Shown here piece by piece: positions 12,600 through 26,906 of a stretch of DNA of 64,000 bases (position 1 is its first letter; every line of letters starts with the position of its first letter). The position numbers were made by a program, and so were the translations under genes. Source of the DNA: Cetorhinus maximus. Taxonomy: Eukaryota. The stretch is from positions 21,142,001-21,206,000 of the forward strand of contig NC_135907.1 of assembly GCF_964194155.1 (NCBI RefSeq), given 5' to 3'. A model generated the notes under the pieces. It did not search any database and was not told the DNA's origin. It saw only the letters and a program-made list of their open reading frames with translations.

Positions 12600-15260
12600 A
12601 ACCTGGTCAAGTGGTTGTTGGAGCATCTGTGAGGTGGACAGCATTGTGGATAGCATTTATTGAAAGGTGGTCACACTGCAGGTTAAGAGCCCACAGGCAG
12701 GAAGAGAATGGGTGACCATCAGGCAGAGCAAGAGGACAAGGCAGGCAGTGCAGGAATCTCCTGTGGCTATTTCCCCGCAAAACAGATATACCGCTTTGGA
12801 TACTGTGTGGTGGGGGGGGAAATGCCCTCAGGAGAAAGCAGCAACAGCCAAATTCGTTGCACTATGGTTGGCTCTGCTGCACAGGGGAGGAGTGAAAAGT
12901 GTGGGAATGCAATAGTTATAGGGGATTCAATTGTAAGGGGAATAGATAAGCATTTCTGTGGCCACAAATGAAACTCCAGGATGGCATGTTGCCTCCTTGG
13001 TGCTAGGGTCGAGGAGGTCTCCGAGCAGCTACAGGACATTCTGAAGGGGGAGGGTGAACAGCCAGTGACTGTGGTACACGTTGGTAGAAATGACATGGGT
13101 TTTGATAAAAGGGTGAGGTCCTAAAAGCAGAATATAGGGAGTTAGGAAGTAATGTGAAAAGTAGGACTTCAAAAGGTAGTGATCTCAGGATTACTACCGG
13201 TGCCACATGCTAGTCAGAGTAGAAATAGCAGGGTATATTGGATGAATACATGGCTGAAGAGATGGTGTGAAGGGGAGGGTTTCAGATTCCTGGGACATTG
13301 GGACCGGTTCTGTGGGAGGTGAAACCAGTATAAACTGGACGGGTTACACCTGGGCAGGACCGGGATTGACGTCCTAGGGGGAACATTCGCTAGAGTGGTT
13401 GGGGAGGGTTTAAACTAAAATGGCAGGTGGATGGGAACCTAGACAAGGAGTCAGAGGAGGGGTGAGGGGGGTGGGGGGGATCAAGGACAAGAGCAAAGGA
13501 CAGAGGGGAATAAGAAGTGATAGGCAGAGAAATCATGTGCAAGAATCAAACAGGGCCTCAGTGAAAAATAGTGGGAACGGGACAAGTAATCTTAAAAAGA
13601 CAAGCCTTAAGGCTTTGTGCCTTAATGCGAGGAGCATTCGCAATAAAGTGGATGAATTAACCACGCAAATAGATGTAAACAGGTATGATATACTTGGGAT
13701 TACGGAGACATGGCTGCAGGGTGACCAGGGATGGGAACTGAACATCCAGGGATATTTAGGAAGGACAGACAAAGGGAAAAGATGGTGGATTTGCATTGCT
13801 GGTTAAAAGGGGAAATTAATGCAATAGTGAGGAAAGATATTAGCTCCGATGTGGAATCTATGGGTAGAGCTGAGAAACACTAAGGGGCAAAAAACATTAG
13901 TCGGTGTTGTATATAGACCCCCAAACTGTAGTGATGTTGGGAATGGCATTAAACAGGAAATTAGACACATGCAATAAAGGAACATCTGTAATTATGGGTG
14001 ACTTTAATCTGCATATAGATTGGGGCAAATCAAATTAGTAACAATACTGTAGAGGAGAAATTCCTGGAATGTATGCGGGATGGGTTTCTGGACCAATACA
14101 TTGAGGAACCAACTAGAGAACAGGCCATCCTCAACTGGGTATTGTGTAATGAGAAAGGAATAGTTGGCAATCTAGTTGTAAAAGGCCCTTTGGGGATGAG
14201 CGACCATAATATGATAGAATTCTTCATCAAGATGGAGAGTGACATAGTTGATTCTGAGACTAGGGTCCTGAATCTTAATAAAGGAAACTATGATGGTATG
14301 AGGCGCGAGTTGGCTATGATGGATTCAGAAATGTTACTTAAGGGATGATGGTGGATAGGCAATAGCAAACGTTCAAAGAGCGCATGGGTGAACTGCAACA
14401 ATTGTTTATTCCTGTCTGGCGTAAAAGTAAAATAGGAAAGGTGGCCAAACCATGGCTTACTAAGGGAAATTAGAGATAGTATTAGATGCAAGGAAGAGGT
14501 GTACAATTTGGCCAGAAAAAACAACAGTCCTGAGGATTGGGAGCAGTTTAGAATTCAGCAAAGGAGGACCAAGGGATTGATTAAGAAGGGGAAAATAGAA
14601 TAGGAGTGTAAGCTTGCAGGGAACATAAAAACTGACTGTAAAAGTTTCTATAGGTACGTGAAGAGAAAAAGATTGGCAAAGACAAATGTAGGTCCCTTAG
14701 TCTAAAACGAGGGAATTTATAATGGGGAACAAAGAAATGGCTGACCAACTAAATACATACTTTGGTTCTGTCTTCACAAAGGAGGACACAAATAACATGC
14801 CAGAAATGTTGGTGAGCACACAGTTTAGAGAGAGGGAGGAACTGAAGGAAATCAGTATTAGTAGGGAAATGGTGTTGGGGAAATTGATGGGATTGAAGGC
14901 CGATAAATCCCGGGGGCCTGATAATCTACATCCCAGAGTACTTAAGGAAGTGGCCCTAGAAATAGTAGATGCATTGGTGGTCATCTTCTGAGATTCTAGA
15001 GACTCTGGAACAGTTCCTACAGATTGGAGGGTAGCTAATGTAACCCCACTATTTAAAAAGGGAGGTAGAGAGAAAACAGGGAATTGTAGCCCAGTCAGCC
15101 TGATGTCGGTAGTGGGGAAAATTCTAGAGTTCATTATGATTTAATAGCTGAGCACTTGGAAAACAGTGGCAGAATCAGACAGAGCCAGCATGGATTTATG
15201 AAAGGGAAATCATGCTTGACAAATCTAGTGGAATTTTGAGGATATAACTAGTAGAGTTGA
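12600..15260 (+). mobile_element. CR1 LINE (ORF1 esterase-like region, endonuclease and start of RT), 3'-truncated
   Basis: AIVIGDSIVRG (SGNH-esterase-like ORF1), LNARSIRNK...GITETWL (endonuclease), KSRGPDNLHPRVLKE; multiple stops. Confidence 0.85.
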
Positions 15261-15810
15261 CTTAGAACTACATCGCTGTTCCTTCACTGTCGCTGGGTCA
15301 AAATCATGGAACACCCTTCCTAACAGCACTGGGGTTATATCTACACCACATGGACTGTAGCGGTTCAAGAGGGTGGATCACCACCACCTTCTCAAGGGCA
15401 TTTGGCAGTGGGCAATAAATGCTGTTTGAGCCAGTGACACCCACATCCTGTGAAAGAATAAAAAATAGTAATAAACTTGACCAGATTATGAAAAGCCACT
15501 TCAGCAAAAGTAAATTTATTATTACATTGAAATGAGAGCGTTAAACAGCAAGATAATTTCAGATTTGGTGCAGTGACATCATTGGTAATGTCATAAAGCT
15601 GTCTGTATTCCAAAGTTCTGATTGGCTCTGGGTAACCCCACCCCCTTCCTTTGTAAATTGGTGCCTGGATTCATGGCCGATTCCGGACTGGCTATTGGGA
15701 ATTGTCAATCATCATTGGTGATGTCATTCCCTGTTTGAATGCAGGATGTCCCAGTCACATAAATATAAGAGCTTGTGTTAGCGAGGATCAGTTCAATAGT
15801 AATATTGAAA

Positions 15811-15907
15811 ATGAATTCCCAAGTGTGTCAGAACTATAAGGACTGAGGATGCTGTTAACAAGCAGATCAACCTGGAGCTCTCTTCCTCCTATGTTTACCT
15901 CTCCATG
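15811..15907 (+). pseudogene. Ferritin exon 1 of F3, disabled
   Basis: ATGAATTCCCAAGTG... lacks the His codon, and a 2-nt deletion creates TGA at 15844-15846. Its promoter has CATAAATA (15758-15765) instead of TATAAATA. Confidence 0.9.
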
Positions 15908-16104
15908 GTGAGTTTTGGGGTCCTACTTCCAAATTAAGAATGTGGTGTTGTTGAACTCTGAGCAGGTAGAATTTCTCTAGGTTAATGAATTAGTTTTGGA
16001 ATCTATCTCTCTACCCAGGCTAAATGCAATGAAAACTCTGTAGTAGTTGTGTTCTAATTTAAACATTTTAAATCTGAAACTTTAAATTCAGGGTTTCATG
16101 AAGT

Positions 16105-18165
16105 TAGAACCATTGAAAAGTTACAGCACAAAAGGAGGCCATTCGGCCCATCTTGTCCATGCCAACCTGAGGACACCCAGGTGCCCTTTCTAATCCCATC
16201 TTCCTGCACTCAGCCCATAGCCCTGCAGCTTACAGCACTTAAGGTGCAGATCCAGGTACTTTTTAAAAGAGTTTAGAGTTTCTGCCTCTACCACCAACTT
16301 GGGCAGCAAATTCCAGACACCCACTACCCTCTGCATAAAAAAGTTCTTCCTCATGTCCCCCCTACACCTTTGCCACTTATCTTGAATCTATGTCCCCTGG
16401 TTCTAGAATTCTCCACCAAGGGAAACAATTTTATCCTGTCCACTCTATCTATTCCCCTCATAATTTTGTACACCTCAATCAAGTCACCTCTCAGCCTCCT
16501 TTGTTCTAAGGAAAATAACCCCAACCTATCCAATCTCCCCTTGTAGCTACGCTTTTCTAACCCTGGCAACATTCTTGTAAACCTCCTCTGCATTCTCTCC
16601 AGAGCTATTACGTCCTTCCTGTAATGTGGTGACCAGAACTGCACACAATACTCCAGTTGTGGCCTCACCAGTGTTTTATACAATTCCAACATTATATCCT
16701 TACTTTTATATTCTATACCTCTGCCAATGAAGGAGACCATTCCATATGCCTTCTTTACAACCTTGTCTACTTGAACTGCTGCCTTCAGGGACCTGTATAC
16801 TTGAATGCCAAGATCTCTCGCTTCATCTACCCCTCTTAGCATATTCCCATTTATTGTATAATCCCTGTAACTGTTTGACCTCACACTTCTATGTTAAAAT
16901 CCATCTGCCACTTTACCGCCCACTCCACCAATCTATATCGTTTTGGAGATTATGACTATCCTCTACATTATCCACTACTCGGCCAATCTTTGTGGCATCT
17001 GCAAATTTACCAATCGTGGCCCCCACGTTCACATCCAAATCGTTAATATACAACAAACAGCAAGGGTCCCAACACCGAGCCCTGTGGAACACCACTTGAG
17101 ACAACTTTCCATTCGCAAGGGCATCCATTGACCATTATCCTTTGTTTCCTGTTACAAAGCCAACCTTTTATCCAGTTTGCGACATTACCCTGAATCCCAT
17201 GGGCTTTTACTTTCCTGACCAATCTGCCATGTGGGACCTTGTCAAATGCCTTGCTAAAATCCATGTGCACAACATCCACTGCACTACCTTCATCAACCCT
17301 TCTTGTCACTTCCTCAAAGAATTCAATCAAATTTGTGAGGCAAGACCTTCCTTTAACAAATCCACGCTGACCATCCCTGACTAGTCCATGGCTTTCCACA
17401 TGACAGTTAGTCCTATCTCAGGATTGATTCTACTAATTTGCTCACCACCGATGTAAGACTAACTGACCCATAATGGTTTAGCATTTCCTTTGATCCTTTT
17501 TAAACAACAGAACTACGTTTGCATTTTTCCAGTCCTCCGGTACCTCCCGTGTATCTAGTGAAGATTGGAAAATCATCCTCAGAGCATCTGCTATCTCCTC
17601 CCTGACTTCCTTCAGCAGCCTCGGAAACAATCCATCTGGCCCTGGTGACTTATCAACTTTCAAGGATTTCAATCCATAAAGAGAGGAAGTACTCTAAGAC
17701 TATCCTGTCCAATATCTCGCAGTGTTCCTCCTGGACGACTATATCTACATCCTCCCTTTCCTTTGTAAACACAGACAAAATATTCATTTAAAACCCTTCC
17801 CACAGCTTCTGCATCTACACGAGTTTCCATCTTCATCTCGGATAGGTCCCACTTTTTCCTTAACTAACCTTTTAGCATTACTGCATTGGTAAAACATCTT
17901 TGGGTTATCTTTAACTTTACTAGCTAATTTTTTTTCATGCCATCTGATTTCCTTTTTTACTTAATCCCTGCACTTCCTATATTCGTCTAGGCTATCTGCA
18001 GTGCTTAGCTCTTTGTGCTTATTGTACGCTTTCTTTTTCTGTTTGATCTTCCCCTGTATTCCTCTAGACAACTTTGGCAGTACCACTATTATTTTTGTAG
18101 GGGACATGTCTACTTTGTAGAATTAGGATCTCGCTTTAGTGCTTACCACTGGTTTTCCACTGTTT
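16105..18165 (-). mobile_element. CR1 LINE (RT region, relatively young) in intron 1 of F3
   Basis: ORFs 16351-16884 (LYKTLVRPQLEYCVQFWSPHYRKD) and 17043-17399 (DFSKAFDKVPH...GVPQGSVLGP). Confidence 0.9.
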
Positions 18166-18487
18166 TGAGGATTCCTCTTCAAATCCCTAAACATGGTCAT
18201 CTTTAACTTGATTGGAAGCAATTTAAATTTAATTGGTTGACTAGTTAATGAAACACTAGCAGATTAGTTGTGGTCAGCTCTTTCACAGTCACGAAGAAGT
18301 GAGTGGATCCTGTGGTGCTGAACTCATACCTCAGACTGGATCCTTAACATGAAGCAAGGATTCAAAATATTAAACTATGGAATTTGAAAGATTTTCATAT
18401 GGCTGGTATTAAGCTCCATTTGGGCTGGTATGAGTTGGCCATAGATGAGATCTAACCTGACTGTTTCCATTTTGTTTCTACCTGCAG

Positions 18488-18634
18488 TCCTCTTACTTTA
18501 ACCGGGATGATGTTGCCCTGCATCACTTTGCTGAGTTCTTCAAGGAGCAGTCACATGAGGAACGGGAACACGCTGAGAAACTGATGGAATTCCAGAATAA
18601 ACGTGGAGGCCGGATCATCCTGAAGGACATCAAG
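18488..18634 (+). CDS. fth1-like: Ferritin exon 2 (F3), intact
   Basis: AG acceptor, [51 protein letters not shown] donor; 147 nt. Confidence 0.85.
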
Positions 18635-19004
18635 GTATCCTTTCTGACAAAGGATAAGCTTCTTTGACTTGTGTTGGTGATGGGCTTAGGAAAAAGCTTA
18701 AATTTCAAGTCTAAAACAGCAATCCCTTTGCAAATAAAACCCTGATTCTAGAATTGATGGTCCATCAATGTTTCATGTCCATCTTCTCTAAGTGAGATTG
18801 TCTTCATTGATTCACTCGCTTGGAGGTGGTCTTTGTTTTAGGATAATGAGTGTTTGTGCTATTGCCTATAAATTTAATCTCTAATGGGGACTAGACTATT
18901 CCCTATCACTCACTGCCTTGCACAGTCTCCATTGCTTTAGACAGGAACCCTTGAGGTTGTTGCAATCTTCAATTCACTTCAAGTAATATTTGTTTTTTTC
19001 CAAG

Positions 19005-19130
19005 AAACCAGAGCAGTATGATTGGGGCAATGGTCTGGAGGCAATGCAGAGAGCTCTGCAGATGGAGAAGAATGTGAACCAGAGTCTGCTGGATCTGCAC
19101 AAGCTCTCCTCTGGGCACACTGACCCTCAT
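19005..19130 (+). CDS. fth1-like: Ferritin exon 3 (F3), intact
   Basis: [42 protein letters not shown]; 126 nt with canonical splice sites. Confidence 0.85.
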
Positions 19131-19374
19131 GTAAGTTGCTGGTTTTTTTTCCTTTGCTATGATTCATGATTTTTTTTAATCTCTAAAGAGTTGAAGCTGA
19201 TATTGGAATCTGCCCTTCATTCTACATTGTAAAAGAAACAAACCTATATGGAGTTCAACCAAAGTCTGACATTGACACTGGACATGGATTATTAAATTGC
19301 TTCCAGGGTATTTGTCCAAGCCTTCACCTTTTGAGAAATTCTGTCCCATATTGATGAAATTGTGACTCACCACT

Positions 19375-20850
19375 TGCAACAATCTTCAGCCAGAAGTGTC
19401 AAGTGGATGATCCATCTCTCCTGAGGTCCCCAGCATCACAAATACCAGTCTTCAGCCAATTTTATTCACTCCATGATATCAAGAAATGGCTGAAGGCACT
19501 GGATACTGCTCAGGCTATTGGCCCTTGCAATATTACTGAAGACTTGTGCTCCAGAACTTGCTGCACTGCTAGCCAAGCTGTTTCAGTACAGCTCCAACAC
19601 TAGCATTGACCCAGCTATGTGGAAAATTACCTAGTCTGGTATACAAAAATGCAGATGCATCCAACCAATTACTGCCTCATCAGTAAAGTGATGGAAGGGG
19701 TCATCAAGAGTGCTATGAAGTGGCACTTGCTCATCATAACCTGTTCACTAACTCTCAGCTTGGGTTCTGCCTGGGTCACTCAGCTCCTTACCTTTTTCAT
19801 GTTTGAACCAAGGCTGAAATGAGCTGAACTCCTGAGGTGAGAGTGACTGCACTTGACTTCAAGGCAGCATTTGACTGAGTGTAGCATCGAGGAGCCCGAA
19901 TTGGAATCTGGGTGGGGAACTCGCCACTGGTTGGAGTCATACCTTGCACAAATGAAGATGGTTGTGGTTGTTTGAGGTCAGTCATCTCAGTCCCAGGGCA
20001 TCTCTGCAGGAGTTGCTCAGGGTAGTGTCCTAGGCCCAACCATCTTCAGCTGCTTCATCAATGACCTTCCTTCCAACATAAGGTCAGAAGTGGGGATGTT
20101 TGCTTGTTCAGCACCATTTGTGACTCCTCAGCTACTGAAGTGGTTCATGTCCGGGTCTTGCTGCATTTGTACAATATCCAGGTTTCAGCTGGCAAGTAAC
20201 ATTTGTGCCACATGCCAGGCAATTTCATTTAAGAATCTAACCATCACCTCTTGACATTCAATGGCATTACCATCATTGGAACCCCCCCACTATCAACACC
20301 CTGGGGGCTACTATTGTCCAGAAACTGGACTAGCCATAGAAACACCATGGCTACAGACCAGGTAAGACTAGGAATCCTGCAGTGAGTGACTCCTGCCCAT
20401 AAATCTACAAGGCACAATTCTGGAGTGATGGATACTCTCCCCTTGCCTGGATGAGTGCAGCTCTATCAACACAAGAAGCTGTATAGCATCTAGGCCAAAG
20501 CAGCCTGCTTGACTAGCACCCCTTTCACAAACATTCACTCCCTCCATCACCTCAGTGGCAGCAGTGTGCACTGCAGGAACTCACCAAGTCTCAGACAGCA
20601 TCTTCCAAATCACCTCCATCTAGAAGGACACAAGGGCAGCAGATAGATGGAACCACCTGGAAGTTCTCTCCCCCCTCCCCAACCACTCTCCATCCTGACT
20701 TGGAAATGTATCGTCAATCCTGGAACTCTCCCTAACTGTAGTGGGTGTACCTAAACCACAGACTGCAGCAGCTCACCACCTTCAGGGAAATTGGGGATGG
20801 ACAATAAATGCTGGCCTAGCCAGTGATGCCCACATCCAAGAATGAAGAAA
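19375..20850 (+). mobile_element. L2/CR1-superfamily LINE in intron 3 of F3
   Basis: Same family as 1977-3960 but in the opposite orientation; ends in the shared tail near 20850. Confidence 0.8.
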
Positions 20851-20965
20851 GAGAATTCTGGTCTTCTCAGGCTAAGTGTGTATATCATCCATGTGCATTA
20901 CTTCAGATCCTCCCTTTTGTTGGCTCAAACATTGCTCGTTAATTTCTCTGTTTTCTTGTTTCTAG

Positions 20966-21112
<147 letters not shown>

Positions 21113-21599
21113 CTGGGGTTCTAGAATCATCCTCCATAGTGCAAATAAATTGATCAATTTTACTGTTTTGTGCTCAATTCCCATTCTCAGTTATTACTGT
21201 ATTTGAAAATATTCATCATTGAGCTAATTATCTTTCTATAATTTAGTAGCTGATTTGCTGCTTCACTTGAAGATTCCTAGCTCTAACATCTGATCCCAAT
21301 GTGCCTTTTAAATTTTCTCCTTCCCACCCCAGCTTCCTAAATTTGATTCAACCCCCCAGGATACTTTACTTGCATCTTTGATTGTGACTAAGTAGTTTGT
21401 ATGGGATTACTGGAGCTGTAATTTCTCTTCCAGCTGCTGTAGAGTGAGGAATGGGTAATTGATTAGCACTTAACCTTCTGGAGAGTATCCCCTTAGAAAA
21501 AAGGAGGGCAGATGGGTATAGTGGAGACATTGTGATGTAGGTGGCTACGGTGGACTGGGGGTTGGGGGTGGGGGCGGTGGTTGGTGGAAGAGCCACAGA

Positions 21600-21740
21600 G
21601 CAAGGGTCATCTTTTGACTGGTACAAGTAAAAAAAAATGTATGGTAACTACTTCAGATAGAAGTTGATATTCCCTCAAGTATCCTGGCCAATATTTATCC
21701 AGAGCCAACTTAATGGAACAGGTTCTGGTAATTTAGCATC
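21600..21740 (+). mobile_element. Old SINE fragment resembling the Deu-domain SINEs (paralogous copy at about 46535-46700)
   Basis: TCCTGGCCAATATTTATCC core resembles the DeuSINE central domain as I recall it; heavily diverged. Confidence 0.45.
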
Positions 21741-21837
21741 TTACTAGATTAAATTGTGACTCCAGCCAATTCAGCACTTTTTTGACCTTGATGTCCCAAG
21801 CACCAATGAGTTCTGCATTTCATTTGAAGGAACTTAC

Positions 21838-23515
21838 ATGAGGGTCAGTGTTCCCAGAGGAGAGCTTGTGCAGATCCAGCAGACTCTGGTTCACATTCTT
21901 CTCCATCTGCAGGGCTCTCTACATTGCCTCCAGACCATTACCCCACTCATCCTGCTCTGGTTTCTGGTGTTTTGGGAAATGGAAGGAAATCCCATTAGCA
22001 AATAGTATTACTGGATTAAATTGCTAAAAAACTCAAATCATATTCACATCAATATCCACTAGAGAATCCAAAAAACTCCAAATAACCTAGCTAATTCCAG
22101 TAACACTTTTGCTTGTATATCTTCTGCCTTAGGGCTCACCATCTTAAAGTTAGCTTCCAGTGACAGCTCCGATCCTTGCATTCATCCCCATACTCACCCA
22201 TTACCTTCTATCCCACACTTCACCTCCCTGTCAATTATGACTGAGCTCAGGTATACAGCCCAGTTTAGCACTGCCACCATCCACATTCCCCATTTTATTT
22301 TAGCACCCTCTGGTTTATCCCATTTCATAACACCGCTTCCAATTTTAGCTAGAAATTTCCCCGACTCTAAAAAAAAATCCATCAACGTAGCATTCATCAA
22401 TTCTCCTCTAGATTGAGGAAATCTATTCACAATAGGCAATTCATTCACACCCTCCCCCACCCCCAAAGTTTATTAAAATCAGCCTTGATGTCCTCCAGGA
22501 TGATCCAGCCTCCACGTTTATTCAGGAATTTCATCAGTTTCTCAGCGTGTTCCCGTTCCTCATGTGACTGCTCCTTGAAGAACTCAGCAAAGTGACGCAG
22601 GGCAACATCATCCCAGTCAAAGTAAAAAGGACTGCAGGTAGATAAAAAGCAGAAGGGAGTCATGTCAGGCAGCTGTTATCCATTGAGAATGCAAAAATAG
22701 TACCAATGTCATGGTAGATAAGTTACCCATTCTCTATCTCAATACTTTGCTTTCAATTAAAGGGGCTTACAGCTTAAGGAAGCAAATGTTTCCTTGCTAA
22801 AGAATTTGTTTTATTATAGGATTATGTTGAAAGACCCTGTGAAATAAACAAGGCACCTGGTTGTATTAGAAGATGTGAGTGTGCAGTAAGATTTCTTGGA
22901 AGTAGTAGTGATCTCAGCTATCAACCTGCACTTGGGTAAAGGAGGAACTTGAAGTTAAAGAGGAAAGCAGTTTGTTTTCAGCAGTTTAATATTGTCAGTG
23001 GCAAGTGCAGGGATCCAGCTTCAGGAATACCAGACAGGGTTGTCAGCATTTTACTCAATTAGAAAAAAAACTGGTCAGAACCAATGTTTTACTAATTAGT
23101 TACCTCCTTAAATTTAATTGTTTGTTTCCAACCAAGTTAGAAAAGTTGACCAGGTTTATGAATATTGAGTTACAAACTTGCAATACCCGAGAGCTAGTTT
23201 CTGGTGTGAACACCGAGAATAAAACTACTATGACAGAGGGAAACAAACAGTCTGTTTAAATGGGGTCTGCTACAAGTTAGCATTCATTAGATGAAGTTGG
23301 GAGAGATAGAGAGACATACAAAAGCCAATTCATTGACCTAGGAAAGCTCTGCTTAGGACACAATGATATCACAACCTTAATTTGAAATAGGATCCCAAAA
23401 CCATAAAACTCACCATGGAGAGGTAAACATAGGAGGAATAGAGCTCCAGGGTGATCGGCTTGTTAACAGCATCCTCACAGTCCTTGTGGTAGTTCTGACA
23501 CACTTGGGAGGCTAT
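21838..23515 (-). pseudogene. Ferritin pseudogene F4 (exons 1-3, no exon 4)
   Basis: Exon 1 23414-23515 starts ATA instead of ATG. Exon 2 22484-22631 has a +1 insertion and a GC donor. Exon 3 21838-21963 has TAG at 21919-21921. TATA box at 23580-23587. Confidence 0.9.
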
Positions 23516-23769
23516 CTTTTAGTTGATAGAAGCCCAGCTCAAACACCAACAACCTGACCTCTGACCTCACAAACTCTTGTATTTATACTCCTGGGACATC
23601 CTGCATTCAAACAGGGAATGACATCAATGATGATTGGCTATCCAGGATTGTCAATCAGGAATCTACCATGAATCCAGGCACCAATTAACAAAGAAGAGTG
23701 GGTGGAGTGAGAGACCCAGAGCCAATTAGAGCTTTGGAATACAGGCAGTTTTGGATTATTCTGTGATTG

Positions 23770-24850
23770 CAATATAGGAACAGGAGGAGGCCATTCTGCC
23801 CTCCAGTCTGTTCCACCATTCAATTATATCATGACTGGTCTGTGTCTTAATGCCATTTGTCCACCTTGGTTCCATATGCCTTCATAGCCTTAGCTAACAA
23901 AACCTATAATCTGTTTTGAAATGTTATTTGATCCAAACATTTGTGGGGGGACTGTTTCAAACTTCCATTTTCCTTTTTGTGAATAAACATTTCCTAATAT
24001 CAGCCCTGAATGGCCAAGATCTAAACTTATTACAGCCCCTGTTCTAAAGGAAATAATTTCTCTATTGACCTAGTCAAATCTATCAATCATCATCAATGCC
24101 TGAATTATCATCCAATAATCTTTTATACTCAAGGGAATGCAAGACTAGTCTATGCAAACTGTCCTCATCATTTAACCCTTTTAGCCCTGGTATCATTCTG
24201 GTGAATCTGTGCTCCATCCCCTCCAAGGCCGATATATCAGAACTGAGCAAAGTACTACAGATGTGTTCCAACCAGAGATTTATATAACTGTAGCAAAAAC
24301 CTCCATCCCTTTTTATTCCAGGACCCTTGAGATGAAAACTAACATTCTATTTGCTTTTTGAACTAACTTCTGTACGTGTGCATGAGGTTTTAGTAATTTC
24401 TGTATGTGGACCCCTTAATCGCTCTGCACCTCCTCAGTTCCTAGCTCCTCACTATTTAGAAAACACACTGATTTATCTTTCTTGGCCCAAAGCAGATGAT
24501 CTCGCTCTTCCTCACATTGAACTTCATCTACCAGGATTTTACCTACTCACTTAATCTAAGTGACTTTGCAACTTTGTTCCCATCTGCATGACTTATTGTA
24601 CCCCCGAACTTAGTATCGACAGCAATCATGGATATTCAGTTCTCTAACCCTTCATCGATGTCATTTAGAAATTTAATGAAAAGCTGAGGCCCCAGTATGG
24701 ATCCTGGGGAAGAAAACTAATCATATCTCGACAATTGAAGTACACTTCCATTATCCCTGCTCTCTCTCCCACCCCCTAACCAATTTCCCAACCATATCTA
24801 GAGGTTACACCAGATTCCATTTTACTCAATGATCTCTGGCATGGACCCCT
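23770..24850 (-). mobile_element. Old CR1 fragment upstream of the class I promoter (paralogous copies at about 27165-27930, 30615-31440, 37125-38090, 48540-49370)
   Basis: Degenerate RT C-terminus (RFTRMIPGLKGL); same position relative to the promoter in several repeat units. Confidence 0.7.
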
Positions 24851-26214
24851 TTTCAATGAAGAATTCAGAATTGGTTTTATTGATTTTACTCCAAGGCCCC
24901 TTGTTCAGAGGGAATTTTTAAAAACATTTTTTTTATTTATATAAAGAGTCAGCCACATTGCTGTGGCTCTGGAGTCACACATAGGCCAGACCAGGTGAGG
25001 ACAGCAGATTTCCTTCCCTAAAAGACATTTAGGAACAAGTGGGTTTTTACGACAATTGACAATGGTTTCATGGTCAGCATTAGACTTTTAAATCCAGATA
25101 TTTATTGAATTCAAATTCCACCATCTGCCATAATGGGTTTCAAACCAGGGTCCCCAGGGCATTATCCTGAGTCTCTGGATTACCAGCCCAGTGACTATCA
25201 CTATGCCACCACCAGGTAATTTCAGATGGTATCAAATATAATTGGATCTACATTAACCAATCACTTGGAGAATTGACAGACAACTTGGCAGGATTGGGTT
25301 GGTGGTGTTCCAGGATACCAGAATTCAGAATGTTGACCGGAATAGTTTCCAAGAGATTGACCTGCAGACCATCCACACCAATCTCAAAAATCAATGACAA
25401 TTGGGAGGTAGGTTTGGAGGAAATTTTCAAACAGAACTCTTGCTTGGTCACTGAAACACAATGTGTACTATTACAACTGTGAAATTTAAAGGCCACATTT
25501 AGTGTGTATGATTTTTAACTTCTACAAACCAAGAAACAATTTTTTTTGCCTGAAATATCGACTGTTTGGGTTTTGTTGATTAATGGAGATACCCCAAGCA
25601 TCTCCAATGTTTAACATGACAAGTTGATAAGTATTGCCTTTGAGGAATAAGCATGGGGGAGGGGGTCGCATTAAACACATGACAACTGCCACACTCAGTT
25701 GTTCAGTGTTTGATTGTGTGTCTGATTAGTTAAACCTGGGTGTGGTCATTTAGGGAAATCTGTATAGTGGTAGTGTCACTGGACTAGTAACCCAGAAGCC
25801 AAGGCTAATGCTCTGGGGAATACTGTCCCACCACAATAGCAGAGGGAATTTGAATTTAATTTTTAAAAAAATCTGTAATTGAAAGCTAGTCCCAGTAATG
25901 GTGACCACCATGAAACTAATCAACTGTTGTTAAAAACCCATGTGAATCCAGACCCACAGCATGTGCTTGACTCTGAACTGGTAGAGAAGCCACTCAGTTC
26001 AAGGGCAATTAGGGATGGGCAACTAATGTTGCTCTTGCCAGTGGCACTCACATCCCATGTGAGAGAGAGAGAGAAAGAGTGGACATTTTAAAATCATTAA
26101 TTAAAACTCCTAGTACAGACACAAGCTGATATATCATCGCTTCTGAGATGCAAACAATCCATCCAAAGACAAAAAGGTGGTCAATGCTGCATTATATATA
26201 CACACAGACCAAAA

Positions 26215-26906
26215 CCTGGTCAAAGTAAGAGGACTGCAGGTAGAGAGAGACAATGGTTAGGAAGAATTCAGGTCAGGTGCAGATCATGTCCATGGTCAAC
26301 TTGGCAGTTAGAATATTGAATTTAAAAATCATTAATTCAACTCATTTAAAAAAGGTGTTGAAGTTGTTTCAACACTCAGCCCACGCTTAATGCAATAGCC
26401 AGACATCCCCATCCCTTTCCAAGCATTGATTTTAAAAGTTAGAAAAAAAAAGAAATCTTTCAAATTCAGTCTAATACAACAATTCAGTCTCAAAAGAAAG
26501 CCCAGTGCAACAGGATTTACTTATTTAGTATGGGGAGGGAGAAAAGCACTCATCTTAAATAGTCAATTTTGCACTAGCTAGTCATCTGATTAAGTTTAAT
26601 TGTTATTACTGACCAGATTCATTCACCTTCAAGATAAATCCTCTATTGGAAGCTTCATGGAGTTCTGGAGCTAGTTTCAAACAAACAGTTTAGAACTGGG
26701 TGAAGCTATTACAGAGCAGGAGACAGTCTGTTAACAAGACCTTCGACAAAAGTCCCACTCCATATCATTCACTGGGAACATTCTAAGCCCAATTCATTGA
26801 CCTAGATAAATCCCATCTGCCCAGAATACAATCAAATCACTCTTAACTGCTTGTTAACAGCATCCTCACAGTCCTTGTGATAGTTCTGACGCACTTGGGA
26901 AGTCAT
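26215..26906 (-). pseudogene. Ferritin fragment F5 (truncated exon 1 plus first 19 nt of exon 2)
   Basis: Exon 1 remnant 26847-26906 ([20 protein letters not shown], rest and donor deleted). Exon 2 remnant 26215-26233. TATA at 26975-26982. Confidence 0.85.
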